From an uncultured Verrucomicrobiae bacterium (GTDB taxonomy: Bacteria > Verrucomicrobiota > Verrucomicrobiia > Chthoniobacterales > UBA10450), in assembly GCA_963834385.1 (NCBI GenBank), contig CAWIBO010000001.1, positions 128,001-192,000 of the forward strand: a DNA stretch of 64,000 bases. Direction: 5' to 3'. Below, in pieces: positions 60,061 through 64,000 of the stretch (positions are counted from its first letter, which is position 1; every line of letters begins with the position of its first letter). Below the pieces are notes generated by a model. That model was not told the origin of the DNA. It searched no databases and worked only from the letters and a program-made list of their open reading frames with translations. A program made the position numbers and the translations under genes.

Positions 60061-61565
60061 TCACTCCCGAACGAGCAGTTTCCCGAAGCCGGCCGGGTTG
60101 AGGCGGGGCCACCGTTGGCCCAGGGAACAGAGGGAAACGTAGAGAAACCCGACCTGAAACATGATCAGGAACGGGAGGGAGAAAAACTGGCCATGCGAGA
60201 TGGCGTAATAGACAAAGTAGGTGAAGTAGACCGCGAAAAACATTTCCACGATCGGCAGGAGCGACTTCAACGGCATGTAGCGGCAGGAACGCCAGGCCTG
60301 CGATTTTTGCTCAATCCCATACTTCGGCGTCCGGGCGAAGTCGGACTGGTGATTAAACACAGCCTCGAGAACGGCACGGGCATTATTAATGGAGAGACCG
60401 ACGCCGAGGGCAAGGAGACAGGGGAGGAGCATGATCTCGCGCAGCCATGTCTTCGGATGAAGCTCCCGCTGGGCGCAGATGTAGAACACGGCGACCGAAA
60501 CCGAAGCCATGAGGAAAATCGGGAGATCGACCAGCCAGAGCCGGACCCAGCCACTGGCCGGGCCGCCGCTGGTGGGGTGAAGCAGCACGCAAAGACAAGC
60601 CAGGAGCAGATAGGCAAAATTCGAGGTGAGGTGTGCCGGTCGCCTCCAGCTTGATCGTGAGCGGGAGGTCGCTGCGCCAGATGGTAGGGAGAAGTTTCTT
60701 GCAGGTCTGGATCGACCCTTTGGTCCAGCGATGCTGCTGCGACTTGAAGCCGTTCATGTCCACCGGCAGCTCCGCCGGCGTGACCACGTCCGCGAGGAAA
60801 ACAAATTTCCAGCCGGCCAGCTGGGCCCGGTAACTCAGGTCAAGGTCCTCGGTGAGGGTATCGTGCTGCCAGCCGCCGCTTTGCTCGATGCAGGAACGGC
60901 GCCAGAGGCCGGCCGTGCCGTTGAAGTTAAAGAAGCGGCCGCTGCGGCTTCGCGCCGTTTGCTCCAGCAGCAGATGGCCGTCCAGGAACATCGCCTGCAC
61001 CCGGGTGAGAAGCGAATAGCCGCGATTGATGTGGCCCCAGCGGGTCTGGATCATCCCCACCTTTGGATCGGTGAAAAAGTCGATGGTGCGCCGAAGCAAA
61101 TCCGGCGGCGGCACAAAGTCGGCATCAAGGATGCAGACGAAATCGCCCGTGCGCTTCGTCGAGGCCGGCGGCAAGTGCGCCCGCCTTGAAGCCGACGCGG
61201 TCCACGCGCTGGATGAGCTGGACATTGAATCCTTCCTCGCGAAGCCGCGCGGAAGCGACCGCCGTGAGCTCGCGGGTGTCGTCGGTGGAATCATCCAGGA
61301 CCTGGATTTGGAGAAGGTCGCGGGGATAATCGAGCTCGCTCACCGAGCGCAAAAGGCGTTCCACCACGTAGACCTCGTTGTAGATGGGCAGCTGGACGGT
61401 GACGCGGGGCAGCTCGGCAAAATGACCGGCCGGGACCGGGACCCGCTTCCGGTGCTTCAGGAAGAGGTAGATGATGATATAGCGGTGGACCCCGTAGGCC
61501 GAGAGGCCAATCAGCACGGCCAGATAGCAAAACGTCCAAATAAGATAACTGACACTTCCGTGCAT
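60061..61565 (-). CDS. Processive GT2 glycosyltransferase, cellulose-synthase-like (CslA/C type); frameshifts near 61147 and 60637
   Basis: [60 protein letters not shown] spread over three frames. Confidence 0.9.
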
Positions 61566-61822
61566 AGGGTGGGGAAAAATGCCCGCGGGCGGCAAGGGCG
61601 ACATGATGCCGCTTCCGAGGTTTGCGTCAAATCAAAAATGGGACTTTTCCCTGCGTAAAAACGCCTTTTCCCCACGGCAGAGCGGTCTCTTTCGATCTTT
61701 GCTCCCATGCCCGGCGCGGCCCTACGGGTCGGGCGCCCGCGGCCGGAAGGGCGGTGCGACAAAGTCCGGTTGCCTCCCCCCGGAAGGGGGTCGATTGATA
61801 AAGCCCGCCCGATTCATTCGTG

Positions 61823-64000
61823 ATGCGCTTTCCACTGTTCAGGACCAAGAAGGGGACCGGACGCTTTGAGCGTTTCAACATCGTCGTGGCGATCCTGCTC
61901 GCCGGGTGGGTGCCCTCGATCCTGATGCTGGTCGTCTCCTACACGATCCTGACGGACACCCTCGAATCGAAGATCCAGCGGGACCGGCAGACCTTCGTAA
62001 AACTGATTGCGCACCTGATCGGCGACGACCTCGGGGCGACGGCCGCCATCATCGAGTATTACCAGACGCTGCCCGACCTGGTGAAGGTGCTGGACAGTCC
62101 GACACCGGCGGCCACGGGAGCACAGTGGCTCAGCCAGGCTTTCTTTTCCCATCCCCGCATCGACGGGATGTTTATCACCGATCCCCAGGGGCGCCTGATC
62201 GCTTCCGTCCCCTCCATGCCCGACAAACTGGGGCAGGACCTGAATGCGCGGCTCTGGCTGGAAGGGGCACGCGGCACGCCCGGGGCCTTCGTTTCCCCGA
62301 TTCACGCGCGCGAATCGGACCAGCGCTCCGCGACCAAGATCGTGGGCGCGATCCGCAGCCCCGACGGAGTGGTCCACGGCTACCTTGGCGTGAACGTGCT
62401 GGTGGAACGGGTGGGACGCCGGCTCTCAACCATCGGGTTCAGCGACCAGTCACAGTGCCAGGTCCTGGACCAGCGGGGCATTCAGCTGTTCCGCGATGAT
62501 TTTCGCCCGGCGTCGCAGCCGTTCCAGCCGGAGACGTCTGAAATTCGCAGCGCCATCGCGGAGCAGAAGGGCACCGGCCATTTCGAAAGCGGCGGCAACC
62601 TCTACACCTTCAGCGAAATCGAGAACACCGGCTGGATCACGCTCGTGGTGCAGCCCCGCGCCGTGGCTTATCAGCCGGTGCAGGATCTCCTCGGCAAAAT
62701 CACCGTGCCCGTGGCCTGGCTGATCGCCGGGACGGCCATCGCGGCCTGGCTGGCCGGAAAATTTTACAGCCGCCAGGTGGAAGCCTCCCGCCGGATCGAG
62801 CGCGAAGTCATTTTCAACGAGAAGATCCTGGCCAACATGCCGAGCGGCATTGCCCTGGTTGATCCGGCCAGCCGCCGTTTCCTCCAGGCCAATCATGCCT
62901 TTGCCCAGATGGCCCGGCGCTTTGGCCGGCTGCCGGAGGATCGCGACATCCACAGTGCCACCTACGATGAGGTGAAGATTGCGCCCGCCGAGGCGATTGA
63001 GAAGGTGCTCTCGTTCGGCGCCCCCTTTCAACTGGTGGAACAGCCGTTCACTGACGCGGAAGGCAAGGCCCGTTTTGTGAACATCAACCTCCTGCGGCTG
63101 CAGGGTCCGCAGCAGACCATCCAGGGCGTGCTTTACCTGGTGGAGGATAAAACGCGCGACGTCACCCTGCGCCAGGAACTGATCGGGGCGAACGCGGCCA
63201 AGGACCAGTTTCTGGCCCTCCTCTCGCACGAGCTGCGCAACCCCCTCTCCCCCGTCATTGCCATGGTGGGCGAACTGGAGGCCAACACGCCCGACACCCC
63301 GGAAACCCGGCGCGCCCTCGAGGTCATCCGGCGCAATGTCGAGCTGGAGGCAAGGCTGATCGACGATCTCCTCGATGTCACCCGCATCTCGCGCGGGAAA
63401 TTGCAGCTCACCTTTGAAACGGTCTGCGTCGATGAAATCCTGCAGCGCGCCTATGAGATCTGCCGGGAAGACGTTGCGGCCAAGAACCTCGCGGTCGACT
63501 TCCAGCTCGGGGCGAAACGAAACTTCGTCGAGGCCGACCCGGCCCGGCTGCAGCAGGTCTTTTGGAACCTGATCAAGAACAGCGTCAAGTTCACGCCCGC
63601 GGGCGGCCGACTCCTCGTCGAGACGGTGAACTCCGCGCCGGAGGAGATCGAGGTTCGCATCACCGATTCCGGCATCGGGATCGAGGCGGACAAACTGGAC
63701 AAGATTTTCAACGCCTTTGAGCAGGGCCAAAGCTCCATCACCCGGCGTTTTGGCGGCCTTGGGCTCGGCCTGGCCATTTCCCGGGCCATGGTCCATGCCC
63801 ATGGCGGCACCATCAGCGTCACCAGTCCCGGCCGCGACCAGGGGGCCACTTTCATTGTGCGCCTGCACTCAGTGGAAACACCGGCGGCCACGGCCGCGAA
63901 GGTCGCGCCGCCGCGCGACAAGGCCCGGCCCTCAGGGAACAACGGGGAGGCGGGTCGGCCCCGTCTGCTCGTGGTGGATGATCACCAGGACACCTGCATT
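61823..64000 (+). CDS. Hybrid sensor histidine kinase (Cache-PAS-HisKA-HATPase-receiver), 3'-partial
   Basis: Single frame from ATG 61823 (not in the ORF track because it runs off the window): TM, Cache-like domain, TM, PAS, KDQFLALLSHELRNPL, RLQQVFWNLIKNSVKFT, DSGIGI, GGLGLGLAI, RLLVVDD. Confidence 0.92.
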   Translation, partial: MRFPLFRTKKGTGRFERFNIVVAILLAGWVPSILMLVVSYTILTDTLESKIQRDRQTFVKLIAHLIGDDLGATAAIIEYYQTLPDLVKVLDSPTPAATGAQWLSQAFFSHPRIDGMFITDPQGRLIASVPSMPDKLGQDLNARLWLEGARGTPGAFVSPIHARESDQRSATKIVGAIRSPDGVVHGYLGVNVLVERVGRRLSTIGFSDQSQCQVLDQRGIQLFRDDFRPASQPFQPETSEIRSAIAEQKGTGHFESGGNLYTFSEIENTGWITLVVQPRAVAYQPVQDLLGKITVPVAWLIAGTAIAAWLAGKFYSRQVEASRRIEREVIFNEKILANMPSGIALVDPASRRFLQANHAFAQMARRFGRLPEDRDIHSATYDEVKIAPAEAIEKVLSFGAPFQLVEQPFTDAEGKARFVNINLLRLQGPQQTIQGVLYLVEDKTRDVTLRQELIGANAAKDQFLALLSHELRNPLSPVIAMVGELEANTPDTPETRRALEVIRRNVELEARLIDDLLDVTRISRGKLQLTFETVCVDEILQRAYEICREDVAAKNLAVDFQLGAKRNFVEADPARLQQVFWNLIKNSVKFTPAGGRLLVETVNSAPEEIEVRITDSGIGIEADKLDKIFNAFEQGQSSITRRFGGLGLGLAISRAMVHAHGGTISVTSPGRDQGATFIVRLHSVETPAATAAKVAPPRDKARPSGNNGEAGRPRLLVVDDHQDTCI

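Noticed and set aside
61630..61680. CTTTTCCC direct repeat between the GT2 and kinase genes
   Set aside because: Only 8 bp, two copies, low complexity. Not enough to call a binding site or riboswitch.

Overview
64 kb of GC-rich bacterial chromosome, most consistent with Verrucomicrobiota (probably Chthoniobacterales/Spartobacteria). The main evidence is a TGTTC-N4-GAACA LexA box in front of both lexA and imuA, plus PVC-type TPR/ExbBD content. It is mostly core genome: mutS, iscA-hscB, lexA, glgE, exbBD-TPR, imuA plus a short imuB, ygfZ, parB, mqnD, tRNA-Tyr, an RRM protein, a ketosynthase/CLF-like pair, lptD, ugd, rsmB, coaX, hemB, gpmI, a TonB-dependent receptor, ribE, a WcaJ-type sugar transferase, aroD, dgt, pdhABC, rpsT, an L,D-transpeptidase, a CslA-like GT2 and a partial hybrid histidine kinase. 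I found no integrase, transposase, prophage or CRISPR array. About 11 single-base frameshifts in short homopolymers, including in housekeeping genes (hemB, pdhC), point to long-read indel errors rather than pseudogenes. The most unusual region is the envelope cluster at 41.4-48.5 kb. It holds an apparently catalytically dead alkaline phosphatase, a secreted double discoidin-like protein and a TonB receptor that share a Lys-containing D-[GS]-K-[DE]-[MV] motif, a LapG/transglutaminase-like Cys-His-Asp enzyme behind a sigma54-like promoter, and a small secreted protein that is essentially a free TonB box. Other notable signals are a glutaminyl-cyclase-like lipoprotein together with frequent Gln at +1 after signal peptides (a possible Q-rule outside Bacteroidota), a structured RRM-gene leader, and many apparently leaderless genes. 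All calls come from reading motifs by eye; no database searches were run.
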